DNA of 64,000 nt from Octopus sinensis (lineage: Eukaryota). Position 1 is the stretch's first letter, and every line of letters starts with the position of its first letter. The DNA is taken from NCBI RefSeq assembly GCF_006345805.1, contig NC_043009.1, forward strand, positions 53,134,001 to 53,198,000, in the 5' to 3' direction. Positions 50,435 through 63,910 of the stretch are shown in pieces. Made by a program: the position numbers and the translations under genes. The notes under the pieces were generated by a model. It had not been told where the DNA came from. It was given only the letters and a program-made list of their open reading frames with translations, and made no database searches.

Positions 50435-50796
50435 CGTGTGTGTGTGTGTGTATGTAATAGGAGTTAAAATGCTTTTTCTGCTACCATAGAGTTCTCTCAG
50501 ACAGTCACACACTTTTTTACGTAGGCAAAACGAAAAAGTAACGAATTATTACTTTATTTTAATATCGAAACGCGTATGTAGCTAATCTGAGTCGTGTGGA
50601 TTCATTATTTTTTCTTGTTTCCTACGTAAAAAAGTGTGTTACTGTCTGGGAGATCTCTATGGTAGCAGAAAATGCATTATAACTCCTATTTCTAATTCAG
50701 TGCGTGGTGAAGCAATTAGCTAACTCCTGATTATAATGGTGTGTTTATAATTATAGAATATTGTGTATGTATATATATATATATTATATATATATA

Positions 50797-50844
<48 letters not shown>

Positions 50845-51185
50845 GTGGTGTGTGTGTGTGTATGTAATAGGAGTTAAAATGCTTTTTCTGCTACCATAGA
50901 GTTCTCTTCAGACAGTCACACACTTTTTTACGTAGGCAAAACGAAAAAGTAACGAATTATTACTTTATTTTAATATCGAAACGCGTATGTAGCTAATCTG
51001 AGTCGTGTGGATTCATTATTTTTTCTTGTTTCCTACGTAAAAAAGTGTGTTACTGTCTGGGAGATCTCTATGGTAGCAGAAAATGCATTATAACTCCTAT
51101 TTCTAAATTCAGTGCGTGGTGAAGCAATTAGCTAACTCCTGATTATAATTGTTGTGTTTATAATTATAGAATATTTGTGTATGTA
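50431..51185. repeat. Tandem duplication (period ~410 bp) of a (TA)n-bounded cassette containing a ~90-bp inverted repeat
   Basis: aataggagttaaaatgc at 50456 and 50866; arms ~50456-50546 / 50600-50690; GAAACGCGTA in the spacer. Confidence 0.9.
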
Positions 51186-51223
51186 TATATATATATATAT
51201 ATATATACATACACACAAACACA

Positions 51224-51260
51224 CTAGCAGAGATACCCGGCGTTGCTCGTGTCATATGGA
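51224..51260 (-). mobile_element. Helitron 3' terminus (hairpin + CTAG)
   Basis: a-ctagcagagatacccggcgttgctcg matches the 28232 terminus. Confidence 0.7.
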
Positions 51261-51927
51261 ATTGAAGAATTAAACTTTTCTTTCATATTTTCTCTAATGA
51301 ACTGGAATATCTATGATTGGAATTTCACCAAAATTGCAGAAGAAGAATTTTAATGACAGTTCTTTCCCTCTTTACACACCCTAATAAAAATTATAATCAT
51401 AACACATTTATCCCATACTCCTCATCTTTATACCCAGATTCCAAAATTAAAATCTTATGGGACTATTCAAAGGTTTTTTGTTCCTAAAAGATGGAGCTCA
51501 TGGAGCTCTAAAATGTGGGAGTTAAGGTCCCAATGGGGGGGGGGGGTATGAAGTCAACCAGAGAAGTTGAATTGTTGGGAATCTTTTGAACTTGGGTCTT
51601 ATATCTATTGTTCAAATTTCTTTGAAATTGGAAATATATGTATGTTCACTGGTTTTGTGAAAGAGGGCAAAGATACAGGAAAACAAAAGACGAATGATCA
51701 CCCTAATCGTTACCACTCCCCAATGTAGGATTCCTCACGATACAAGTGACGGGCACAGCCGTAAGATGCATTACGGATCTAAAGCAATTGGAAGAGCGTG
51801 ACCCAACTGAAATAAACATTAACAACTGTGTGACGTGAGGGCTAAGGGGTAATGAAAGTGTCACCTCTGGAGTTTGCCAATGATGACTATGCCGATAGGA
51901 AACTGGACAGAATAAGTTTGCTACCTA

Positions 51928-53185
51928 CGAAGGACGTTCAATAAGTAATGCCTCTGACCCACTTGCAGTTGTTTGATCTAGCATGTGCAATCATTTATAT
52001 CTCTATAGAGTAAGTGGCAAATTACAGCTCTGAATTAATTGTGGTTTCTGATTTACAGGTGTTTGAACCGAGTCAAGTGTGAAATGGAGCCTGTTGAGTG
52101 TCGAGCAGTGATCAGGTTTTTGTATTTGAAAGGACGCACACCACGGGAGACTTTTGATGAAATGAAAGTAACTTATGGTGATGATGCCCCATCATATGAT
52201 CTTGTAAAACGCTGGCATCGTGAATTCAAACATGGTCGGAACTCTGTGGAAACAGCTCCCAGATCTGGTCGCCCCCTTCTGCCATTGATGAGGCATCTGT
52301 CCGTCAAGTTGAGGCTGCCATTTTGGAAGATCGACGCATAATTATTCGCCAAATAGCCCATGGGGTCAAGATTAATACCGGGTCTGTGGAAACTATCATT
52401 CATGACCATTTGCATATGCAAAAGGTGTCTGCCAGATGGATTCCCAGGTTGCTCACGCCTTTCCAGAAGCAAGAACGCGTCGAGGGTGAATTTGGAAATG
52501 TGCCAAGAAGATGAGTCAACATTTTTCAAAAGACTGATTACACAGGATGAAACCTGGGTCCATCCCGATGATCCAGAGACCAAAGCCCAGTCAATGCAGT
52601 GGAAGCACCGTGACTCACCCCCTCCAAAGAAGGCAAGGTGCAGCCCTCCGCTGGCAAGGTAATGCTCACAGTCTTCTGGGACCAGGACGGAGTAGTGATG
52701 ACAGATTTCCGGGCAAAGGGTACCACAGTTATGCTTCACTTTTGAGGAAATTAAGAGAAGTTATCAAAATCAAGAGGCGGGGCAAGATCAGCAAAGGCAT
52801 CCTCCTCCTGCAGGACAACGCTCCCCTCCACAACTCACTTGTCGCCAGATCAGAAGCACAGGCGTATGGCTATGAACTCCTCCCCCATCCCCCTACTTTC
52901 CTGACCTTGCACCCTCTGATTTTCACCTCTTCCCAGTCATGAAGTTGTTTTTGAAAGGAAAGCGTTTCCCAGATGATGCAGCCTTGATTTCTGAAGTCAC
53001 GTTCAGGTTGGAGGACCAAGCTGGGGTCTTCTATGAAAACGGTCTCCAGAGCTGCATCAAACAATGGGAGAAATGCGTAACTCTGGGTGGTTCCTATGTA
53101 GAAAAAGACTAATAACTGGGCCAAGTTTCGTTGCTCTACTGGTATGGGAAGTGGGTCAGGAACATTACTTATTGAACGCCCCTCG
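51928..53185 (+). mobile_element. Mariner element, full length but frameshifted; same family as 41327-42217
   Basis: TA TSD and matching TIRs; transposase from MEPVECRAVIRFL (52084) to stop at ~53112 with several frameshifts. Confidence 0.95.
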
Positions 53186-53489
53186 TATAAATCTCTTTGA
53201 ATAACCAGTCACTTACCTGGGAAAGCCTTGAAATCAATGTTACCACTTGGGGACTATCTCTGACCCAGTGATGATTAAATGACTGAAAGGAGGTATGCAA
53301 CCAAGTAACTTTACTGAACACTTTGCAACTGAATCAGTGGTGGCAGAGATGCCTCTCCTCTATTTGACAATTTATGTACCACATTGCAGAAATCACAATG
53401 TAAGTATATCTCAGACAATGCAAGTATATCTCTTGGAACAATGTAAATATACCTTTGTCGAATGAATCAACCTCAATGCTTTGTTTATT

Positions 53490-53629
53490 TTGATAACCCT
53501 AGCATTTATTCTATCAGTCTCTTTTTGTCAAACCAGTAAGTTATGGGGATGTAAATAAACCAAAAGTAGTAATCAAGCAGCAGTGATGAAGGAAAAACAT
53601 AGACACAATGACACACACACACACATACA

Positions 53630-53670
<41 letters not shown>

Positions 53671-54040
53671 GCACACATACATATATGCGATTGGTTTCTT
53701 TTAGTTTCTGTCTACGAAATCCACTCAAAAGGCTTTGGTGGGTCTGAGACTATAGCAGAAGACACGTGCCAAAGTACTATACTGAAGACAGGACCATGTG
53801 TTTTGGAACCAAATTTCTTACCACACAGCCACACCTGCACCTATATATATCTGTGTGTGCGTGTGTGTGTGTATATGTGTATGTATGCGCATGTGTGTAT
53901 GCATGTGTGTGTATATAAATGTAGGAACATGTATGTATATTATTTACTTGTTTTAGTCATTTGACTGTGGGCATGTTGGGGAACCGCCTTTAGTCGAGCA
54001 AATGTACCCCAGGACCTATTCTTTGTAAGTCCAGTACTTG
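53490..54040 (-). mobile_element. Degenerate SINE family A copy (53490-53840) plus 3' fragment (53943-54040)
   Basis: ttattctatcagtctc...ccactcaaaaggctttgg...ccacacagccacacctgcacc; tacttgttttagtcatttgactgtgg. Confidence 0.7.
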
Positions 54041-54111
54041 TAATTCTTGAGTTTTAGGGATTGACACAGAGATAGACAAACAGACACATATTCTCATCTT
54101 TATTATATATA

Positions 54112-54159
<48 letters not shown>

Positions 54160-54164
<5 letters not shown>

Positions 54165-55970
54165 TAAAAGGAATTCCAACAAGGTCTGATTTTCACGTTT
54201 TATTTACAATCTTATAATGATTATTATAAGATAATATATTATAATTGAATAAAATAAAATGAAATAGTGGAATTTTAAATGTTCATTCTGATTGAACTAG
54301 TACTTTCATGCATTGAATTCTGCAATCTTCGGGTTCATGTAGTAGTGGTGACAGTCATGCTTCACAATTTTTGACTGTAGCAAGATGATTGATTCTGTGC
54401 TATAAATACAGCTGGGTAGGCTCCAGATTGCTAGGTTTTGCAAACTGTATTCTGATCAATCAGTGTGTAGTATCACTCAATTACTTAAGCTGATTGGTTG
54501 GTTGAGCTGATTGGTTTAGGCATCACGCTTTGTTGGAAATGTCAAGAGTCCTGTATCTTGACCCTGGCCGAAGCAGCAATTGTTGGATTATTTTTAGAAA
54601 TGTTGTAAATATCCTTTGTCAGAGATTTTATATTTTTTATTTCAATTGTCATCATCATCATTGTCAGCACCTTAATTATTGTGCTAGTGGTGATGGTGGT
54701 GGCAATAGAACTTTTAACCCTAAATAAAATAATTTTCCTGCTATCTTCATCTTGATCACCTTTAGTATTGTTGTTGTTGTAGTGGTCATGGTCGTTGCAG
54801 TGGAAGTAGTACCTCTAAGTATTATTATTATTGCTTATTTAGCTTGGGTTCGAATTTATCAATAAAATTCTTTTCTCTGATTCTCCTCTCGATTTCACTT
54901 GGGCTGTTGTATTTGTAGAACGGAAATATTATATACATTTTCCGGCCACATGTTGCTAAGTGGTTACTCAAAGGTATCTGAAGGACCTCTGGGTCTCTAA
55001 TCTGTTGCCGGTGTACACGTGAGCGTTCTGATAGTGCGTTTCCGTCTGACCTACATATATTTCTTCACAATTTGGGCATTTGATGCAGTAAATTAAAATT
55101 CTGCTTTTGCAGTTCATATTCGCGTTTGTGAATATTTTCCCGGTTTTTGTGTTTATATATTGACCGGTATGTATGAATTGGCATGTGCCACATCGGCTAT
55201 CATTGCATTTAGATACCGTGAATGTTTGGTCTTTGTTGCTAAGGTCAAATTTTGCCTTTGTTAGTAATGTTTTCAAGTTTTTAGGCTGTCTTTTACTAAG
55301 CACCATAGCTCGATCCGTGATTATGTCTTTTAATTCATTACTATGGGCAATGATGATTGTAGGTTTGCTTTGGCAATGTTGAAGATATTCTGGTGACATG
55401 GGTTGTGTGTCACTATGAATGGTATGACTTGTTCTTGTTTTCCTCTTCCTTGGGTGTCCTAAGTTGTTGTATGGGTATTTTTATAGCCCGCTGTATGCCA
55501 TTTTCTATAAGTAGAGATGGGTATTTGTTTTGAGCAAAAATTCTCTTAGTTCTATTAGGCGTTTGTTCCTGATATTTGCATCTTCTACAATGGTACAAAT
55601 TCTTCTGGCTAGGCAGTATGGGATGTTACGTTTTGTATGTGGTAGATGGCACGACTTAAAATTTAGGTATTGAGTGTGTCTGTGTGTTTATAGTATATAT
55701 CTGTGGTGATGGTGGTGTCTTTTTTAATTACCATTATATCTAGGAATGGTAATTTGGTACTACATCTCCTTTGTAAATTGGAGAGATGGGTGTGGTGTAG
55801 GTTGTTCAGGAGGATATTGAACTCTTCCAGAGTATTAGAGATTCTGTCCAGATTATGAAGCAGTCGTCTAGGTATCTCTTCCATGCCTTTTCAATATACT
55901 TTCTAAATCCAGTGCCATAGTTTACCTCCACCTCTTGGTGAGAGTGTTGTTCTAAGTATCCCATTACAGA
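54160..55970 (-). mobile_element. Penelope-like element, 5'-truncated (RT C-terminal half, GIY-YIG, 3' terminal repeat)
   Basis: WKRYLDDCFIIW, LPFLDIMVIK, YYKHTDT, C..SRCGTC, NCKSRILIYCIKCPNCEEIYVGQT, REKNFIDKFEPKLN* (stop ~54828); many frameshifts. Confidence 0.9.
54293..54337 (-). ncRNA. Minimal type-I hammerhead ribozyme in the Penelope 3' terminal repeat (CCGAAGA variant)
   Basis: TGAAC-CCGAAGA-tTGCA-gaattcaa-TGCAt-GAAA-gtac-TA-GTTCA; stem III palindrome AGTACT. Confidence 0.75.
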
Positions 55971-55971
55971 G

Positions 55972-56124
55972 TATCTATATATATATAGATACACATATAT
56001 GTATATGGGTATCTATATATAATATAATATGTATATATATATATGTATATATATATATATTGTATATATATATGTATATATATATATATGTATATATATA
56101 TGTATATATATATATATGTATATA

Positions 56125-56222
<98 letters not shown>

Positions 56223-56237
56223 GTATATATATATATG

Positions 56238-56268
<31 letters not shown>

Positions 56269-56605
56269 GTATATATATCTATCTATGTATATATATATAT
56301 TGTATATTATATGTATATATGTATATATATATATATGATATATATATCTATTATGTATAATATATAGGTGATATATATGGTAGCTATGTATGATAGATAT
56401 AGTGTATATATTATATGTATATAGTATCTATTTATGTCATATATATATGTAAGATATATATATGATATATATATATAGAGTATATATATATATATATATA
56501 TATATCTATAATATATATATATATGTATATAGTATATAGTTATATGTATATATATATATGAATATATATATATGAATATATAATATATATATTATATAAT
56601 ATATA

Positions 56606-56644
<39 letters not shown>
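55972..56644. repeat. ~670-bp degenerate (TA)n tract
   Basis: Direct inspection. Confidence 0.92.
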
Positions 56645-56646
<2 letters not shown>

Positions 56647-57192
56647 TCGTGACAAGACGTACTTTTTATAGCTCCCGTCAGTAACTAACCAAAGAAGCAT
56701 ATTTCAACTCAATATAACTCAACTCAACTCAAGCCAACATAAACTCTCCTTGTTTTTAATCTCAAAACTTTTGAACTCTACAATCCTACTATACTACTCT
56801 TTTACTACCATCGGAGGATAAATTTATACAAATCTATATACAACCTGAAGAAATAAATACAACCCAAAACTAAATACTAAACCCAAGACTAGTTCTAAAA
56901 CTAGTCCCGTGAGTACAATTTCTTTTTTCTTGATCTGTATTAAATACACCGCTCATCCTGATTGTACTAATTAGATTGTACTAATTACACTGAACTCTCA
57001 CACACACAAGCCACGAATTTCCGAGTATATCGACACAAACTTTCCAACGATGTATTCACTATTTACCGAGTAAATCGACACAAACTTTTCAACGGTGTAT
57101 TCACTATTTTACATCAAGCCATCAATAACTGGTGTACATATACACGCATACACATACATACATATATATATTACACAACACTACCCCACTGA

Positions 57193-58450
57193 ATATGGCC
57201 AATAATTTTCAAAAACGCCGCTGGGTTGAAAATGAAATTACTGCAATGATTAACGCTTGGTTCATCCATCACAACGAAGCTAATGTTTACAGTAAAATAA
57301 TTGAGGATTTAACGAAAAAATCCTTTCAAGATCTGTAAAACAGATAGAAAATAAAATAAAATAAAAGAAATTGTTAGGATATTCCCTATTTTTCACGCGC
57401 ACATGGCTACACTAAAAGCCATTCTTGCCAACGAATCCAGTACACCAAATGACCAAATTCCAACTGGTCAGGGGGCACTTCAACAGCAACAATCAACTGA
57501 CCTACTTCCATTGACAACAGCACCTGATGAACCAAGTCAAGTTTCACCTTCGCTACAGCAACAAAAACAACAACAACAACAACAACAACACAACAACACA
57601 CTAATACTACCACTAGTCAAGTTCCAATGCTGCTACAACAAAAACAACTCTCCACTACTACTGCTACAGCCACAATAGGAAAATCCTTACTACAACCACG
57701 TAAAACTATCTGCCATTACTACTCTCAAGGCAGCTGCAGATTTGACCACATTCTGGCAAGCCAGAACCCACCATCACAAAATCAACAAGCTGCTTCTAAC
57801 ACTACTGCTACTACTGCCAGAATAGAAAAACCACTACTAACAACCAATAAAACCCCCTGCCGTTACTATTCTAAAGGCAATTGTAGATTTGGCCCCAGCG
57901 GCACAAACAACAATGGACGCTGTGTTTTTTCCCATCCGACCTTATGTCGTTAGACTTGTTATGGGCACCTGTCCATACGGTAAAAACAGGAAAAAATTGC
58001 CCCCCCACTCCACCCCAAATACTGTCCTAAATACAGAATCCATGGTTCTGATCCTAAATACGGATGCATAAAAGGCAATGGATGCACCTTATTCCATCCT
58101 AAACTGTGCCAAACTTCTGTCTCACAAAGGATGTGCCTGAACCCAGAATGCAACCACCACCATCTGAAGGGCACAAAACGATCACAGAATAAATATAAAA
58201 AGGAACAGAGGAAATCTAGGACAACAACAAGAACAAAATACAACCACGTTTCCCCTCCTACAATCAAACAACGTAGACAGAACCATGAAAAAACACCAAA
58301 TAACGCCAACATGAAATACGTATCCTCTGACCAAGTGGCAAACCAAACAAGTAACTCTTTTTTACTGACATACCTAGAAAATATGAGGGCCGACCTAAGC
58401 CAAGAGATCCAGCGTCTATCAACAACCATCTATGCAAATCACAAGGACCA
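57193..58450 (+). pseudogene. LINE-B ORF1 with Gln-rich region and multiple CCCH-type zinc fingers (frameshifted)
   Basis: ICHYYSQGSCRF; PCRYYSKGNCRFG...CVFSHPTLC; CPKY..HG.....GC.KG..C..FHPKLC...C.NPEC.HHH. Confidence 0.7.
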
Positions 58451-58469
58451 CTCACCCATTACCAACTTC

Positions 58470-61330
58470 CCTTACCTCGACATTCCTGTTAAATGTACGT
58501 GGCATCAACCCATCAATTATTGCCCAAAAATGGAAGATCCCATATATAGAGAGTTGGCTTGCCGAAATGGCCCATTGCTTCCTTTCTTTATCCTTACCGA
58601 GACTCACCTGAACAACACCCATATGGACGCAGAGGTGAAAATAAAAGATTACACCATTGTTCGTGCGGATCGCACAGACCGAAATAAGGGAGGGACAGCC
58701 ATCTTTATCCATGACTCCTTTTCACTTGATGCCAAGGACATATTTTCTAATGGCTACTGTGAATCGGTATCACTATACAACAAAGCCAAGGACATAACCA
58801 TTGTTGGTCTTTACAGGCCTCCCCAGGTACCTCGAAAGTACTTTGAAGAGTGCCTTAGCAAAGTCAAGTCCTTCCTTCGAAAGTACCACTCCGGAAACAT
58901 ACTAGTGATGGGTGATTTTAACCTCCCTCATGTGAACTGGCCCACAAATACTCTGAAGTTAGGCAAGTGCTCTACATCAGATAGAGCAGCAGCGGAACTG
59001 CTCTTTAATCTAATGGATGAATACTTCCTGACTCAGCTAGTGCTCGAACCAACGAGACAGAATAAAACGATCTTGGATCTGGTATTGACCAATCACTCTA
59101 GCTTCGTTCACAGTATTTCAGTTGAAAAAACTCTCCTCTCACATCATGACATGGTACTCTGCAATTTCAATTCCCGACATATAAAAACCAAACCAGCCAA
59201 TCCCACTCCATGGCACTCATTTGATAACATAAACTTCCACAAAGCGGACTGGGGAGCAATCAGAAAGGATCTGTCTTTCATCGACTGGTCTTTTACTCTC
59301 AATTCCACTCATATTGAGACCGCATGGCAGCACTTTGAAAACTTTTCACATATACATGCTCTAAACACGCTCCCACGAAATCTACTAAACACACAGAAAT
59401 CGGCTCCTAAAAAGAAGAAAACACTCATCAGGCGCATCAAAAGACTTAACAAAAAAATCAACCAATTAAAATATTCCCACAAACAACATCCACGTTCAAC
59501 AACAATGAAAAGCTAGAGCTGGAAAAACTTCATCTGCAGAACAACATGAAAACCTCATTGAAAATCAAAGAGCTGCGGAGGAACAGTGGGTAATCAAAAA
59601 CATCAAACAGAACCCAAAAGTGTTCTATTCCTATGCAATAAGCATAGAACCACTGTCTCACCCATTGGGCCATTGATTGATGCTAACGGCATTCCCCAAC
59701 ACGATGCTAAAGAAATGGCAGAAATACTGCAGAAACAATACTGCTCTGTCTTTAGTGTTCCCACTGATATTGACGTAAGAGAAGGGAACGAAGTTGACTC
59801 CCAACATAAAATCTCAGACATAACCTTCACTCCCACTGACATCGTAGCAGCAATAAATGAGGTCAAATACTACTCTGCTGTAGGCCCTGATAGATTACCC
59901 GCTAGTCTCCTGAAGGAATGTAAGCACCAACTTACAGTCCCTCTGACCAAACTCTGGAGAAATTCGTTAGATGCAGGTTATATACCGAAACAGTTTCTAT
60001 CCCAGTCAGTCATCCCGGTTTTCAAACAGGGAAACAGATCCCTCGCACTCAACTATCGCCCAATCTTACTCACCTCCCACATCATCAAAGTGTTTGAAAG
60101 AGTGTTAAGATCAAGGATAGCTGACTTCCTGGAGACCCACAAACTCCTAAATGCAAATCAGCATGGCTTTCGCTGTGGCAGGGACTGTCTAACACAGCTC
60201 TTACACCACATTGAAGATGTACTCAAAGCCTTGGGAACAGGTTCGAATTCTGACGTCATATATCTTGACTTCAGTAAAGCGTTCGACAGGGTAGACCATA
60301 ATATCCTACTCTAAAAATTGGCAAATGTTGGAATCCGTGGAAAAGTTCTACACTGGATTAAGTATTTCCTGGCGAATAGAACACAACATGTTGTAGTTGA
60401 TGGAGTCCACTCAAACCCAGCAAAAGTCACCATTACTGCAAAGTGAAAATATTTGCTGATGACACTAAGCTCCAGCAAATCATGAATGAAGAAGCAGACC
60501 GAACTCAACTCCAGTCTGATCTATATGCTGTGAGTCAATGGGCAGACAGAAACAAAATGCAACTGAACGAAGGAAAATTTGAGCTGATGCATTTTGGAAG
60601 AAACTCCTCACTAAAACAGCCATACTCTCTTCCTCAGGGGAACCGCTCACAGCCTCTAACAACATCAGAGACCTAGGTGTAATTGTTGATGACGATCTCA
60701 GTTGGAGGGCACAATCATCAACAAGGTCGATATAGCTCGTAGGATGAGTTCCTGGATCTTAAGAACTTTCCGTCCAGAGAACAAGGTGTCATCATACCAC
60801 TTTTTTCCTCCTTTGTACGGCCACACCTTGAATACTGCTGCCCACTGTGGTCTCCCCATACAAGACAAAACATCTCGAGGATTGAATCACCCCAGAGAGC
60901 ACTCACTAAACGAATTGAAGGCATGGCTGCTCTCGATTATTGGGATCGCCTTAAAGCCTTGAAACTCTACTCTCTCCACTCCGCGTCGCCGTGAGCGGTA
61001 CATCATTTGTACGATGTGGAGAATATACCGTCAACTTTGCCCAAACGACCTGAACATAAGCTTCAAGGTTCATCCAAGACTGGGACACGGGCCATACGTC
61101 CCCTGCCCAATTCAAGATCACAGCATACTTATACACTACAACATAATTTCTTTTCCTCAACAGGCCCTGCCCTATTTACATTGTCCCGAAAGAGATCAAG
61201 AGGAACAGGATCCCATCAACTTTAAACGGAGTCTGGATAGATTCCTTCAAGAATACCAGATAAGCCACCCATAATTGGATACAACTCACTACTTGAACAA
61301 AACTGGATACAATTCACCCAACAAGAACTC
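58470..61330 (+). pseudogene. LINE-B ORF2 endonuclease/reverse transcriptase (frameshifts, stop at ~60312, GVPQG motif deleted near 60430)
   Basis: ORF track pieces 58131-59516, 59586-60314, 60443-60676, 60702-61274 tile one ORF2. Confidence 0.88.
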
Positions 61331-61471
61331 ACTACTTGAACAAAACTTGACTTAAACAGGATTCGAATAATCCTATCAGGTGGTGCTATTAAGTTAGACA
61401 TGGCCTGGACCAATCTTTGGTCGAAACATATCTAAGTTTATCTAAGTTTATATATATATATATATATATAT

Positions 61472-61508
<37 letters not shown>

Positions 61509-61514
61509 GTGTGT

Positions 61515-61549
<35 letters not shown>

Positions 61550-61553
<4 letters not shown>

Positions 61554-61795
61554 CTGCACTTCAAATCTTATTTACTGTACCGGGCACGTACGAAACGTTC
61601 GCCTACATAAGAACACCCCAGTCTCCCGTCATTTTCGCTTGGCCGACCACTGCACCGCAGACCTCACCGTCTTCGGCCTTGCCCTTCACCATGGTCCCAC
61701 CAATTCTAGACTCCGCTAGGATCAGTGCTACATTTTCACCCTACGAACTTGAACTCATTTCGGACTCAACACAACGCTCTCTGTTCAGTGACTTT
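61550..61795 (+). pseudogene. Penelope-like GIY-YIG endonuclease C-terminal remnant
   Basis: CTSNLIYC|H.RNVR....TPVSRHF...DH....LTVFGL........R......IFTLRT....GLN. Confidence 0.7.
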
Positions 61796-62304
61796 CCCCA
61801 CACACCTTAAATAAGAAAAAAACATTTTCTTCTTTCTTTTTTATTTTCTGTAACTAATTCATTTTATTAATCTTTTTCATTTGTTTTCATTATTTTAAAT
61901 TTTTATCTGTTATTTTCTTCTTTTTTATATTCTTTTGCTTTCTCATGGTTTTATTTTTCAACTTGCATTGCTAATTTTATTTTTTTCACATACGCAGACA
62001 CTCACACATACAAACACTCATACTCATATACACACCCACACTCGCATCCACACACTCCACCACACACCTGCACGAACCCACACCTATTCCACCCTCTCTC
62101 CCTCTCAAGTACGCACGTAAACACATGTAACATGCGCACACGCACACACACGAACGTACACACATGCAATCGCACATATACCTCCACACACACAATCCTC
62201 CACACACACACGTAGACACATAGACGCCTGCATACAAACCAATGTGCAGGCCCAGATAAAACTCATGTCCTTGGCTAGACAAACGCACCTACATGCGTTC
62301 CACT

Positions 62305-62398
62305 ACACGTACACACATGTATATATACATATATATATATATATACATACATATATATATATATATACATACATATATATATATATATATATACATAT

Positions 62399-62431
<33 letters not shown>

Positions 62432-62652
62432 TATATATCTATACATATACATATATACATATATCATATATATATATATATACATATATATATACATATA
62501 CATATATATATATATAACATATATATATACATATACATATATATATATACATACATATATATAATATATATATACATATATATCCATATACATATATATA
62601 CATATATATATACATATATATATATACATATACATATCACATATATATATAC

Positions 62653-62683
<31 letters not shown>

Positions 62684-62698
62684 CATATATATATATAC

Positions 62699-62729
<31 letters not shown>

Positions 62730-62920
62730 CATAGAATATATATATACATATATATACATATATAATACATATATATATATATACTATATATATATACACT
62801 ATATATCTACATATATATATATCTATATATATACTATATACATATATATAGTATATATATAGTATATATATATCTAGTATATCAAAGTATCAAAGTATCA
62901 AAGTATCAAAGTATATATAG

Positions 62921-62971
<51 letters not shown>

Positions 62972-62995
62972 TACATAATATATATATATATATAT
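62305..62995. repeat. ~0.7-kb (TA)/(CATA) microsatellite containing (TATCAAAG)4
   Basis: Direct inspection. Confidence 0.9.
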
Positions 62996-63090
62996 GAGAG
63001 AGAGCGAGAGACAGAGTGACGCACACAGAGACACACACACTTCTATTTTTATTTTTCACATACCCAAAAGCACACAGTCACACGCACACT

Positions 63091-63128
<38 letters not shown>

Positions 63129-63235
63129 ATAATGTGCAGGCACAGATAAAACGCATGCCCTTGGCTATACAAATGCTCCCACACACACTCCACCACACGC
63201 ACATACACAAACACACACTCACACGCATATTATAC

Positions 63236-63393
63236 GGGACTGGGTGTGTGGTAAGTAGCTTGCTAACCAGCCACATGGTTCCGGGTTCAGTCCCACTGCG
63301 TAGCATTTTGGGCAAGTGTCTTCTGCTATAGCCCCGGGCCGACCAATGTCTTGTGAGTGGATTTGGTAGACGGAAACTGAAAGAAGCCTGTCG

Positions 63394-63456
<63 letters not shown>

Positions 63457-63693
63457 GTGTGTGTGTATGTGTGTGTTTGTGTGTCTGTGTTTGTCCCCCT
63501 AGCATTGCTTGACAACCGATGGTGGTGTGTTTACGTTCCCGTCACCTAGCGGTTCGGCAAAAGAGACCGATAGAATAAGTACTGGGCTTACGAAGAATAA
63601 GTCCCGGGGTCGATTTGCTCGACTAAAGGAGGTGCTCCAGCATGGCCGCAGTCAAAATGACTGAAACAAGTATGAGTAAAAGAGAGTAAAGAG
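63236..63693 (+). mobile_element. SINE family A, near full length, young-subfamily diagnostics
   Basis: gccccgggccgaccaatg, gaagcctgtcg, ctagcattgc, actgggctta. Confidence 0.9.
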
Positions 63694-63695
63694 TA

Positions 63696-63741
<46 letters not shown>

Positions 63742-63910
63742 TATATAATATATAGTGTTTATAACTGTCAACTTAACGTGACAGTAAGGGAAATACATCA
63801 CCGCTGTTTTCCCTAGGAAGCATTGACGCTTCCTGTCAGCCTCGACACATTTCCTGTGTCCTTATATATTTACGAAGGGGAGACAAATACTCCCAACAGC
63901 TAGGCCTGCA

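Larger units (their letters stand above)
56645..61450 (+). mobile_element. Near full-length CR1-group LINE (LINE-B): 5' UTR, ORF1, ORF2 (APE + RT), 3' hairpin, (TCTAAGTTTA)2 tail
   Basis: APE motifs LNVRG, LTETHL, GGTAIF, YRPP, MGDFNLP, LDLVLTN, SHHD; RT motifs GPD, NYRPI, QHGFR, YLDFSKAFD, FADDTK; (TA)n on both flanks. Confidence 0.9.

Noticed and set aside
58131-59516. 461-aa ORF as a genuine ORF1-endonuclease fusion
   Set aside because: The APE start motif LNVRG lies in another frame near 58490, so the fusion results from a frameshift
62241-63185. Diverged ~50-bp direct repeat aatgtgcaggc.cagataaaac.catg (62241 and 63131); similar old duplicate at ~38330 and ~42615
   Set aside because: Ordinary old local duplication or dispersed repeat; no further structure seen
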